Shown: one piece after another, positions 22,321 through 34,200 of the stretch
Layout of the letters: the number at the start of each line of letters is the position of its first letter
Numbering within the stretch: position 1 is the stretch's first letter
From: Trypanosoma brucei
Lineage: Eukaryota
Assembly (NCBI GenBank): GCA_000002445.1
Contig: CM000207.1
Span: 1,600,001-1,664,000 of the forward strand
DNA: 64,000 nt
Direction of reading: 5' to 3'
Notes under the pieces: generated by a model
Told to the model about the DNA's origin: nothing
The model's database searches: none
Seen by the model: only the letters and a program-made list of their open reading frames with translations
Translations under genes and position numbers: made by a program

Positions 22321-24584
22321 AACACCCAAACACTTACTCAGAAGTCAAACAGACAAAATTAACTGATGTCAGCATCAAATAAATTCAGCTGAAACACGGA
22401 TTTGACAGACTCATCATTGACACAAAACAAGGTAAGAGCAACACCACCAAACAGTTCAGAGCAGGAATAAGAAGGAGGGCGGCATGTACATATGTGTGTG
22501 GGGTAATGTTGGTGTAATGGGGAAAAGGTGAGAAAGTTACCGTACGCCTCGGACGCAGGACGCACGCGGCTGGAATGTTGTGCGGCGCCCCAGAAACTAT
22601 CGTAACACTCGTGCTCAATCCATGTTCGGGTGTGTGTCATAAGACCGTCGTAAGTGGTTTATCGTCATGGGCAAAGTACAAGGTGTATCCGCAGTGACCA
22701 AAGAGACAATGCAGAATCTGGCAAAGAGAAAGGGCGAAAGCCAAGCAATAAGGGTGGTTTCAAATGTAAAACAAGGAAAAAGGGAGGGGAGGGGGGTGAC
22801 AGTAACCACACACATGGTATGATAACGTGCCACGACGAAACCAAACACCATCAGCCGGGGAAAGAAGAATATTCTTTAAATGGGTTATTGTCATTCAAAT
22901 ACACTCAGAGACTCCAGTCCATTGATGTCATCAAGTAGCGCGTTTACGACAGGTTAGGTGTACCGCAAAGCAACTCTCGGAGCGCACCAAGATGGCCTAC
23001 GGCATGCAATCACAAAACGGCCGCTCCATGGCTAAAGCCCCTTTTTCATTTTTGTTGTCCATAAAAACACTGAAGGGAGAAAACAGAGGAAGGAGAAGGT
23101 AACAATATCAAACAAGAGAAGAGTGTGCACTAACCAATAACCTCCGTTATAATTCTCGGACCACGTGAGTGTGCAAACAAGGACACAGAAATGTTAGCCC
23201 AAGACACAACTCCAATGTGGGCCTTCCCCTACGGTTACTGCCCCAACACATAATTGTAATTATAATAATAACCATAATCATAATTATACACCTGACGTCA
23301 AGTGAAAAAAACTCGGCGCGTCAGAAACAATATTAGCGTCACGGGTTCTGTTCAGATGTTGCTGTTAATTTGTTATATTAGGTATTCATCACACGCACCT
23401 ACTCGCCGAACTGCTAACCCCACACGTCAGCTCGGAGCGAAAGATAGAGTTCACAGTTGCATCGACATAGTGTGTTTCCGTTCCGCCTACGCGGTATCGG
23501 AAGCTCTTTCATCAGTGGCGGGGAACGACGGATGGGGGATAAACACTTAACAGAGGGGAAAATGTGCATGAAATAGGTAATACAATAAGAGAAGGGGGAA
23601 GTAAACAGGGAATCACGGAAGTAAGGTTCAGTGCAGGTCTGTGTTATGGTGTCCTCACAGGTTCTCGGTGCAATTTGAACATATTGTACATCGTCACCTA
23701 CTACATTCCCTCTCGACTACCCCGCCACTCACAACATTATACTGCCGCCCACATTAGCCATTCCAAACTCACTGCGGTAATGTATCCTCGTGTGTGCTTG
23801 CGTGTATATGTGTATATATGTGTATGTGTATGGAGTCGCGCCCAAGTGCCCGAGGTTGAGTACCTGAAGGACACGATAGCCATCAGACCCGAAAGGTGAT
23901 TTGTGTTGTATAGATCCCTCATGAATATGACGTCGGAACATGTTTGGACGCTCAACTAGTTTCCATCATCGGCCACACACATACACAAACATACAAGCAC
24001 ACACACACACACACACACTCACATATATATATATATATATACATACACGACAAACCTCCGCACACCCAAACACTTACTCAGAAGTCAAACAGACAAAATT
24101 AACTGATGTCAGCATCAAATAAATTCAGCTGAAACACGGATTTGACAGACTCATCATTGACACAAAACAAGGTAAGAGCAACACCACCAAACAGTTCAGA
24201 GCAGGAATAAGAAGGAGGGCGGCATGTACATATGTGTGTGGGGTAATGTTGGTGTAATGGGGAAAAGGTGAGAAAGTTACCGTACGCCTCGGACGCAGGA
24301 CGCACGCGGCTGGAATGTTGTGCGGCGCCCCAGAAACTATCGTAACACTCGTGCTCAATCCATGTTCGGGTGTGTGTCATAAGACCGTCGTAAGTGGTTT
24401 ATCGTCATGGGCAAAGTACAAGGTGTATCCGCAGTGACCAAAGAGACAATGCAGAATCTGGCAAAGAGAAAGGGCGAAAGCCAAGCAATAAGGGTGGTTT
24501 CAAATGTAAAACAAGGAAAAAGGGAGGGGAGGGGGGTGACAGTAACCACACACATGGTATGATAACGTGCCACGACGAAACCAA

Positions 24585-24680
24585 ACACCATCAGCCGGGG
24601 AAAGAAGAATATTCTTTAAATGGGTTATTGTCATTCAAATACACTCAGAGACTCCAGTCCATTGATGTCATCAAGTAGCG
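24585..24680 (-). ncRNA. Weaker box C/D snoRNA-like element 'B' (representative, unit 2). Same position in all 8 copies, at unit offset ~522-617.
   Basis: Minus-strand reading: UUGAUGA-(19 nt)-CUGA-(10 nt)-AUGA-(35 nt)-CUGA. C, D', degenerate C' and D in canonical order, ~82 nt C-to-D. No clear terminal stem. Confidence 0.3.
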
Positions 24681-25054
24681 CGTTTACGACAGGTTAGGTG
24701 TACCGCAAAGCAACTCTCGGAGCGCACCAAGATGGCCTACGGCATGCAATCACAAAACGGCCGCTCCATGGCTAAAGCCCCTTTTTCATTTTTGTTGTCC
24801 ATAAAAACACTGAAGGGAGAAAACAGAGGAAGGAGAAGGTAACAATATCAAACAAGAGAAGAGTGTGCACTAACCAATAACCTCCGTTATAATTCTCGGA
24901 CCACGTGAGTGTGCAAACAAGGACACAGAAATGTTAGCCCAAGACACAACTCCAATGTGGGCCTTCCCCTACGGTTACTGCCCCAACACATAATTGTAAT
25001 TATAATAATAACCATAATCATAATTATACACCTGACGTCAAGTGAAAAAAACTC

Positions 25055-25139
25055 GGCGCGTCAGAAACAATATTAGCGTCACGGGTTCTGTTCAGATGTT
25101 GCTGTTAATTTGTTATATTAGGTATTCATCACACGCACC
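25055..25139 (-). ncRNA. Box C/D snoRNA-like element 'D', representative copy in unit 2. The same element is present in units 1-7 at 23315-23399, 25055-25139, 26807-26891, 28553-28637, 30293-30377, 32033-32117, 33771-33855.
   Basis: Minus-strand reading: 5'-GGUGCG-U-GUGAUGA-(30 nt)-CUGA-(27 nt)-CUGA-CGCGCC-3'. Canonical C box (RUGAUGA), D' and D boxes (CUGA). The 6-bp terminal stem GGUGCG/CGCGCC (one G.U) flanks the C and D boxes directly. Size ~85 nt. Not verified against rRNA targets. Confidence 0.5.
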
Positions 25140-25157
25140 TACTCGCCGAACTGCTAA

Positions 25158-25263
25158 CCCCACACGTCAGCTCGGAGCGAAAGATAGAGTTCACAGTTGC
25201 ATCGACATAGTGTGTTTCCGTTCCGCCTACGCGGTATCGGAAGCTCTTTCATCAGTGGCGGGG
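25158..25263 (-). ncRNA. Box C/D snoRNA-like element 'C', representative copy in unit 2. The same element is present in units 1-7 at 23418-23523, 25158-25263, 26910-27015, 28656-28761, 30396-30501, 32136-32241, 33874-33979.
   Basis: Minus-strand reading: 5'-CCCCGC-CAC-UGAUGA-(~85 nt)-CUGA-CGU-GUGGGG-3'. C box UGAUGA and D box CUGA are bracketed by a 6-bp terminal stem CCCCGC/GUGGGG (one G.U). Lies immediately upstream (in the minus sense) of element D. Confidence 0.45.
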
Positions 25264-28200
25264 AACGACGGATGGGGGATAAACACTTAACAGAGGGGAA
25301 AATGTGCATGGAATAGGTAATACAATAAGAGAAGGGGGAAGTAAACAGGGAATCACGGAAGTAAGGTTCAGTGCAGGTCTGTGTTATGGTGTCCTCACAG
25401 GTTCTCGGTGCAATTTGAACATATTGTACATCGTCACCCACTACATTCCCTCTCGACTACCCCGCCACTCACAACATTATACTGCCGCCCACATTAGCCA
25501 TTCCAAACTCACTGCGGTAATGTATCCTCGTGTGTGCTTGCGTGTATATGTGTATATATGTGTATATATGTGTATGTGTATGGAGTCGCGCCCAAGTGCC
25601 CGAGGTTGAGTACCTGAAGGACACGATAGCCATCAGACCCGAAAGGTGATTTGTGTTGTATAGATCCCTCATGAATATGACGTCGGAACATGTTTGGACG
25701 CTCAACTAGTTTCCATCATCGGCCACACACATACACAAACATACAAGCACACACACATACACACACTCACATATATATATATATATATATATACATACAC
25801 GACAAACCTCCGCACACCCAAACACTTACTCAGAAGTCAAACAGACAAAATTAACTGATGTCAGCATCAAATAAATTCAGCTGAAACACGGATTTGACAG
25901 ACTCATCATTGACACAAAACAAGGTAAGAGCAACACCACCAAACAGTTCAGAGCAGGAATAAGAAGGAGGGCGGCATGTACATATGTGTGTGGGGTAATC
26001 TTGGTGTAATGGGGAAAAGGTGAGAAAGTTACCGTACGCCTCGGACGCAGGACGCACGCGGCTGGAATGTTGTGCGGCGCCCCAGAAACTATCGTAACAC
26101 TCGTGCTCAATCCATGTTCGGGTGTGTGTCATAAGACCGTCGTAAGTGGTTTATCGTCATGGGCAAAGTACAAGGTGTATCCGCAGTGACCAAAGAGACA
26201 ATGCAGAATCTGGCAAAGAGAAAGGGCGAAAGCCAAGCAATAAGGGTGGTTTCAAATGTAAAACAAGGAAAAAGGGAGGGGAGGGGGGTGACAGTAACCA
26301 CACACATGGTATGATAACGTGCCACGACGAAACCAAACACCATCAGCCGGGGAAAGAAGAATATTCTTTAAATGGGTTATTGTCATTCAAATACACTCAG
26401 AGACTCCAGTCCATTGATGTCATCAAGTAGCGCGTTTACGACAGGTTAGGTGTACCGCAAAGCAACTCTCGGAGCGCACCAAGATGGCCTACGGCATGCA
26501 ATCACAAAACGGCCGCTCCATGGCTAAAGCCCCTTTTTCATTTTTGTTGTCCATAAAAACACTGAAGGGAGAAAACAGAGGAAGGAGAAGGTAACAATAT
26601 CAAACAAGAGAAGAGTGTGCACTAACCAATAACCTCCGTTATAATTCTCGGACCACGTGAGTGTGCAAACAAGGACACAGAAATGTTAGCCCAAGACACA
26701 ACTCCAATGTGGGCCTTCCCCTACGGTTACTGCCCCAACACATAATTGTAATTATAATAATAACCATAATCATAATTATACACCTGACGTCAAGTGAAAA
26801 AAACTCGGCGCGTCAGAAACAATATTAGCGTCACGGGTTCTGTTCAGATGTTGCTGTTAATTTGTTATATTAGGTATTCATCACACGCACCTACTCGCCG
26901 AACTGCTAACCCCACACGTCAGCTCGGAGCGAAAGATAGAGTTCACAGTTGCATCGACATAGTGTGTTTCCGTTCCGCCTACGCGGTATCGGAAGCTCTT
27001 TCATCAGTGGCGGGGAACGACGGATGGGGGATAAACACTTAACAGAGGGGAAAATGTGCATGGAATAGGTAATACAATAAGAAAAGGGGGAAGTAAACAG
27101 GGAATCACGGAAGTAAGGTTCAGTGCAGGTCTGTGTTATGGTGTCCTCACAGGTTCTCGGTGCAATTTGAACATATTGTACATCGTCACCCACTACATTC
27201 CCTCTCGACTACCCCGCCACTCACAACATTATACTGCCGCCCACATTAGCCATTCCAAACTCACTGCGGTAATGTATCCTCGTGTGTGCTTGCGTGTATA
27301 TGTGTATATATGTGTATGTGTATGGAGTCGCGCCCAAGTGCCCGAGGTTGAGTACCTGAAGGACACGATAGCCATCAGACCCGAAAGGTGATTTGTGTTG
27401 TATAGATCCCTCATGAATATGACGTCGGAACATGTTTGGACGCTCAACTAGTTTCCATCATCGGCCACACACATACACAAACATACAAGCACACACACAC
27501 ACACACACACTCACATATATATATATATATATACATATATATACACGACAAACCTCCGCACACCCAAACACTTACTCAGAAGTCAAACAGACAAAATTAA
27601 CTGATGTCAGCATCAAATAAATTCAGCTGAAACACGGATTTGACAGACTCATCATTGACACAAAACAAGGTAAGAGCAACACCACCAAACAGTTCAGAGC
27701 AGGAATAAGAAGGAGGGCGGCATGTACATATGTGTGTGGGGTAATCTTGGTGTAATGGGGAAAAGGTGAGAAAGTTACCGTACGCCTCGGACGCAGGACG
27801 CACGCGGCTGGAATGTTGTGCGGCGCCCCAGAAACTATCGTAACACTCGTGCTCAATCCATGTTCGGGTGTGTGTCATAAGACCGTCGTAAGTGGTTTAT
27901 CGTCATGGGCAAAGTACAAGGTGTATCCGCAGTGACCAAAGAGACAATGCAGAATCTGGCAAAGAGAAAGGGCGAAAGCCAAGCAATAAGGGTGGTTTCA
28001 AATGTAAAACAAGGAAAAAGGGAGGGGAGGGGGGTGACAGTAACCACACACATGGTATGATAACGTGCCACGACGAAACCAAACACCATCAGCCGGGGAA
28101 AGAAGAATATTCTTTAAATGGGTTATTGTCATTCAAATACACTCAGAGACTCCAGTCCATTGATGTCATCAAGTAGCGCGTTTACGACAGGTTAGGTGTA

Positions 28201-31200
28201 CCGCAAAGCAACTCTCGGAGCGCACCAAGATGGCCTACGGCATGCAATCACAAAACGGCCGCTCCATGGCTAAAGCCCCTTTTTCATTTTTGTTGTCCAT
28301 AAAAACACTGAAGGGAGAAAACAGAGGAAGGAGAAGGTAACAATATCAAACAAGAGAAGAGTGTGCACTAACCAATAACCTCCGTTATAATTCTCGGACC
28401 ACGTGAGTGTGCAAACAAGGACACAGAAATGTTAGCCCAAGACACAACTCCGATGTGGGCCTTCCCCTACGGTTACTGCCCCAACACATAATTGTAATTA
28501 TAATAATAACCATAATCATAATTATACACCTGACGTCAAGTGAAAAAAACTCGGCGCGTCAGAAACAATATTAGCGTCACGGGTTCTGTTCAGATGTTGC
28601 TGTTAATTTGTTATATTAGGTATTCATCACACGCACCTACTCGCCGAACTGCTAACCCCACACGTCAGCTCGGAGCGAAAGATAGAGTTCACAGTTGCAT
28701 CGACATAGTGTGTTTCCGTTCCGCCTACGCGGTATCGGAAGCTCTTTCATCAGTGGCGGGGAACGACGGATGGGGGATAAACACTTAACAGAGGGGAAAA
28801 TGTGCATGGAATAGGTAATACAATAAGAGAAGGGGGAAGTAAACAGGGAATCACGGAAGTAAGGTTCAGTGCAGGTCTGTGTTATGGTGTCCTCACAGGT
28901 TCTCGGTGCAATTTGAACATATTGTACATCGTCACCCACTACATTCCCTCTCGACTACCCCGCCACTCACAACATTATACTGCCGCCCACATTAGCCATT
29001 CCAAACTCACTGCGGTAATGTATCCTCGTGTGTGCTTGCGTGTATATGTGTATATATGTGTATGTGTATGGAGTCGCGCCCAAGTGCCCGAGGTTGAGTA
29101 CCTGAAGGACACGATAGCCATCAGACCCGAAAGGTGATTTGTGTTGTATAGATCCCTCATGAATATGACGTCGGAACATGTTTGGACGCTCAACTAGTTT
29201 CCATCATCGGCCACACACATACACAAACATACAAGCACACACACACACACACACACTCACATATATATATATATATATACATACACGACAAACCTCCGCA
29301 CACCCAAACACTTACTCAGAAGTCAAACAGACAAAATTAACTGATGTCAGCATCAAATAAATTCAGCTGAAACACGGATTTGACAGACTCATCATTGACA
29401 CAAAACAAGGTAAGAGCAACACCACCAAACAGTTCAGAGCAGGAATAAGAAGGAGGGCGGCATGTACATATGTGTGTGGGGTAATCTTGGTGTAATGGGG
29501 AAAAGGTGAGAAAGTTACCGTACGCCTCGGACGCAGGACGCACGCGGCTGGAATGTTGTGCGGCGCCCCAGAAACTATCGTAACACTCGTGCTCAATCCA
29601 TGTTCGGGTGTGTGTCATAAGACCGTCGTAAGTGGTTTATCGTCATGGGCAAAGTACAAGGTGTATCCGCAGTGACCAAAGAGACAATGCAGAATCTGGC
29701 AAAGAGAAAGGGCGAAAGCCAAGCAATAAGGGTGGTTTCAAATGTAAAACAAGGAAAAAGGGAGGGGAGGGGGGTGACAGTAACCACACACATGGTATGA
29801 TAACGTGCCACGACGAAACCAAACACCATCAGCCGGGGAAAGAAGAATATTCTTTAAATGGGTTATTGTCATTCAAATACACTCAGAGACTCCAGTCCAT
29901 TGATGTCATCAAGTAGCGCGTTTACGACAGGTTAGGTGTACCGCAAAGCAACTCTCGGAGCGCACCAAGATGGCCTACGGCATGCAATCACAAAACGGCC
30001 GCTCCATGGCTAAAGCCCCTTTTTCATTTTTGTTGTCCATAAAAACACTGAAGGGAGAAAACAGAGGAAGGAGAAGGTAACAATATCAAACAAGAGAAGA
30101 GTGTGCACTAACCAATAACCTCCGTTATAATTCTCGGACCACGTGAGTGTGCAAACAAGGACACAGAAATGTTAGCCCAAGACACAACTCCAATGTGGGC
30201 CTTCCCCTACGGTTACTGCCCCAACACATAATTGTAATTATAATAATAACCATAATCATAATTATACACCTGACGTCAAGTGAAAAAAACTCGGCGCGTC
30301 AGAAACAATATTAGCGTCACGGGTTCTGTTCAGATGTTGCTGTTAATTTGTTATATTAGGTATTCATCACACGCACCTACTCGCCGAACTGCTAACCCCA
30401 CACGTCAGCTCGGAGCGAAAGATAGAGTTCACAGTTGCATCGACATAGTGTGTTTCCGTTCCGCCTACGCGGTATCGGAAGCTCTTTCATCAGTGGCGGG
30501 GAACGATGGATGGGGGATAAACACTTAACAGAGGGGAAAATGTGCATGGAATAGGTAATACAATAAGAGAAGGGGGAAGTAAACAGGGAATCACGGAAGT
30601 AAGGTTCAGTGCAGGTCTGTGTTATGGTGTCCTCACAGGTTCTCGGTGCAATTTGAACATATTGTACATCGTCACCCACTACATTCCCTCTCGACTACCC
30701 CGCCACTCACAACATTATACTGCCGCCCACATTAGCCATTCCAAACTCACTGCGGTAATGTATCCTCGTGTGTGCTTGCGTGTATATGTGTATATATGTG
30801 TATGTGTATGGAGTCGCGCCCAAGTGCCCGAGGTTGAGTACCTGAAGGACACGATAGCCATCAGACCCGAAAGGTGATTTGTGTTGTATAGATCCCTCAT
30901 GAATATGACGTCGGAACATGTTTGGACGCTCAACTAGTTTCCATCATCGGCCACACACATACACAAACATACAAGCACACACACACACACACACTCACAT
31001 ATATATATATATATATATACATACACGACAAACCTCCGCACACCCAAACACTTACTCAGAAGTCAAACAGACAAAATTAACTGATGTCAGCATCAAATAA
31101 ATTCAGCTGAAACACGGATTTGACAGACTCATCATTGACACAAAACAAGGTAAGAGCAACACCACCAAACAGTTCAGAGCAGGAATAAGAAGGAGGGCGG

Positions 31201-34200
31201 CATGTACATATGTGTGTGGGGTAATGTTGGTGTAATGGGGAAAAGGTGAGAAAGTTACCGTACGCCTCGGACGCAGGACGCACGCGGCTGGAATGTTGTG
31301 CGGCGCCCCAGAAACTATCGTAACACTCGTGCTCAATCCATGTTCGGGTGTGTGTCATAAGACCGTCGTAAGTGGTTTATCGTCATGGGCAAAGTACAAG
31401 GTGTATCCGCAGTGACCAAAGAGACAATGCAGAATCTGGCAAAGAGAAAGGGCGAAAGCCAAGCAATAAGGGTGGTTTCAAATGTAAAACAAGGAAAAAG
31501 GGAGGGGAGGGGGGTGACAGTAACCACACACATGGTATGATAACGTGCCACGACGAAACCAAACACCATCAGCCGGGGAAAGAAGAATATTCTTTAAATG
31601 GGTTATTGTCATTCAAATACACTCAGAGACTCCAGTCCATTGATGTCATCAAGTAGCGCGTTTACGACAGGTTAGGTGTACCGCAAAGCAACTCTCGGAG
31701 CGCACCAAGATGGCCTACGGCATGCAATCACAAAACGGCCGCTCCATGGCTAAAGCCCCTTTTTCATTTTTGTTGTCCATAAAAACACTGAAGGGAGAAA
31801 ACAGAGGAAGGAGAAGGTAACAATATCAAACAAGAGAAGAGTGTGCACAAACCAATAACCTCCGTTATAATTCTCGGACCACGTGAGTGTGCAAACAAGG
31901 ACACAGAAATGTTAGCCCAAGACACAACTCCAATGTGGGCCTTCCCCTACGGTTACTGCCCCAACACATAATTGTAATTATAATAATAACCATAATCATA
32001 ATTATACACCTGACGTCAAGTGAAAAAAACTCGGCGCGTCAGAAACAATATTAGCGTCACGGGTTCTGTTCAGATGTTGCTGTTAATTTGTTATATTAGG
32101 TATTCATCACACGCACCTACTCGCCGAACTGCTAACCCCACACGTCAGCTCGGAGCGAAAGATAGAGTTCACAGTTGCATCGACATAGTGTGTTTCCGTT
32201 CCGCCTACGCGGTATCGGAAGCTCTTTCATCAGTGGCGGGGAACGACGGATGGGGGATAAACACTTAACAGAGGGGAAAATGTGCATGGAATAGGTAATA
32301 CAATAAGAGAAGGGGGAAGTAAACAGGGAATCACGGAAGTAAGGTTCAGTGCAGGTCTGTGTTATGGTGTCCTCACAGGTTCTCGGTGCAATTTGAACAT
32401 ATTGTACATCGTCACCCACTACATTCCCTCTCGACTACCCCGCCACTCACAACATTATACTGCCGCCCACATTAGCCATTCCAAACTCACTGCGGTAATG
32501 TATCCTCGTGTGTGCTTGCGTGTATATGTGTATATATGTGTATGTGTATGGAGTCGCGCCCAAGTGCCCGAGGTTGAGTACCTGAAGGACACGATAGCCA
32601 TCAGACCCGAAAGGTGATTTGTGTTGTATAGATCCCTCATGAATATGACGTCGGAACATGTTTGGACGCTCAACTAGTTTCCATCATCGGCCACACACAT
32701 ACACAAACATACAAGCACACACACATACACACACTCACATATATATATATATATATACATACACGACAAACCTCCGCACACCCAAACACTTACTCAGAAG
32801 TCAAACAGACAAAATTAACTGATGTCAGCATCAAATAAATTCAGCTGAAACACGGATTTGACAGACTCATCATTGACACAAAACAAGGTAAGAGCAACAC
32901 CACCAAACAGTTCAGAGCAGGAATAAGAAGGAGGGCGGCATGTACATATGTGTGTGGGGTAATGTTGGTGTAATGGGGAAAAGGTGAGAAAGTTACCGTA
33001 CGCCTCGGACGCAGGACGCACGCGGCTGGAATGTTGTGCGGCGCCCCAGAAACTATCGTAACACTCGTGCTCAATCCATGTTCGGGTGTGTGTCATAAGA
33101 CCGTCGTAAGTGGTTTATCGTCATGGGCAAAGTACAAGGTGTATCCGCAGTGACCAAAGAGACAATGCAGAATCTGGCAAAGAGAAAGGGCGAAAGCCAA
33201 GCAATAAGGGTGGTTTCAAATGTAAAACAAGGAAAAAGGGAGGGGAGGGGGGTGACAGTAACCACACACATGGTATGATAACGTGCCACGACGAAACCAA
33301 ACACCATCAGCCGGGGAAAGAAGAATATTCTTTAAATGGGTTATTGTCATTCAAATACACTCAGAGACTCCAGTCCATTGATGTCATCAAGTAGCGCGTT
33401 TACGACAGGTTAGGTGTACCGCAAAGCAACTCTCGGAGCGCACCAAGATGGCCTACGGCATGCAATCACAAAACGGCCGCTCCATGGCTAAAGCCCCTTT
33501 TTCATTTTTGTTGTCCATAAAAACACTGAAGGGAGAAAACAGAGGAAGGAGAAGGTAACAATATCAAACAAGAGAAGAGTGTGCACTAACCAATAACCTC
33601 CGTTATAATTCTCGGACCACGTGAGTGTGCAAACAAGGACACAGAAATGTTAGCCCAAGACACAACTCCAATGTGGGCCTTCCCCTACGGTTACTGCCCC
33701 AACACATAATTGTAATTATAATAATAACCATAATCATAATTATACACCTGACGTCAAGTGAAAAAAACTCGGCGCGTCAGAAACAATATTAGCGTCACGG
33801 GTTCTGTTCAGATGTTGCTGTTAATTTGTTATATTAGGTATTCATCACACGCACCTACTCGCCGAACTGCTAACCCCACACGTCAGCTCGGAGCGAAAGA
33901 TAGAGTTCACAGTTGCATCGACATAGTGTGTTTCCGTTCCGCCTACGCGGTATCGGAAGCTCTTTCATCAGTGGCGGGGAACGACGGATGGGGGATAAAC
34001 ACTTAACAGAGGGGAAAATGTGCATGAAATAGGTAATACAATAAGAGAAGGGGGAAGTAAACAGGGAATCACGGAAGTAAGGTTCAGTGCAGGTCTGTGT
34101 TATGGTGTCCTCACAGGTTCTCGGTGCAATTTGAACATATTGTACATCGTCACCCACTACATTCCCTCTCGACTACCCCGCCACTCACAACATTATACTG

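Noticed and set aside
24108-24162. Compact AUGAUGAG…CUGA…UUGAUGC-UGA motif as a fourth C/D snoRNA
   Set aside because: Only ~55 nt, and the C' and D boxes would be contiguous with no guide region. Kept only as a weak mention.
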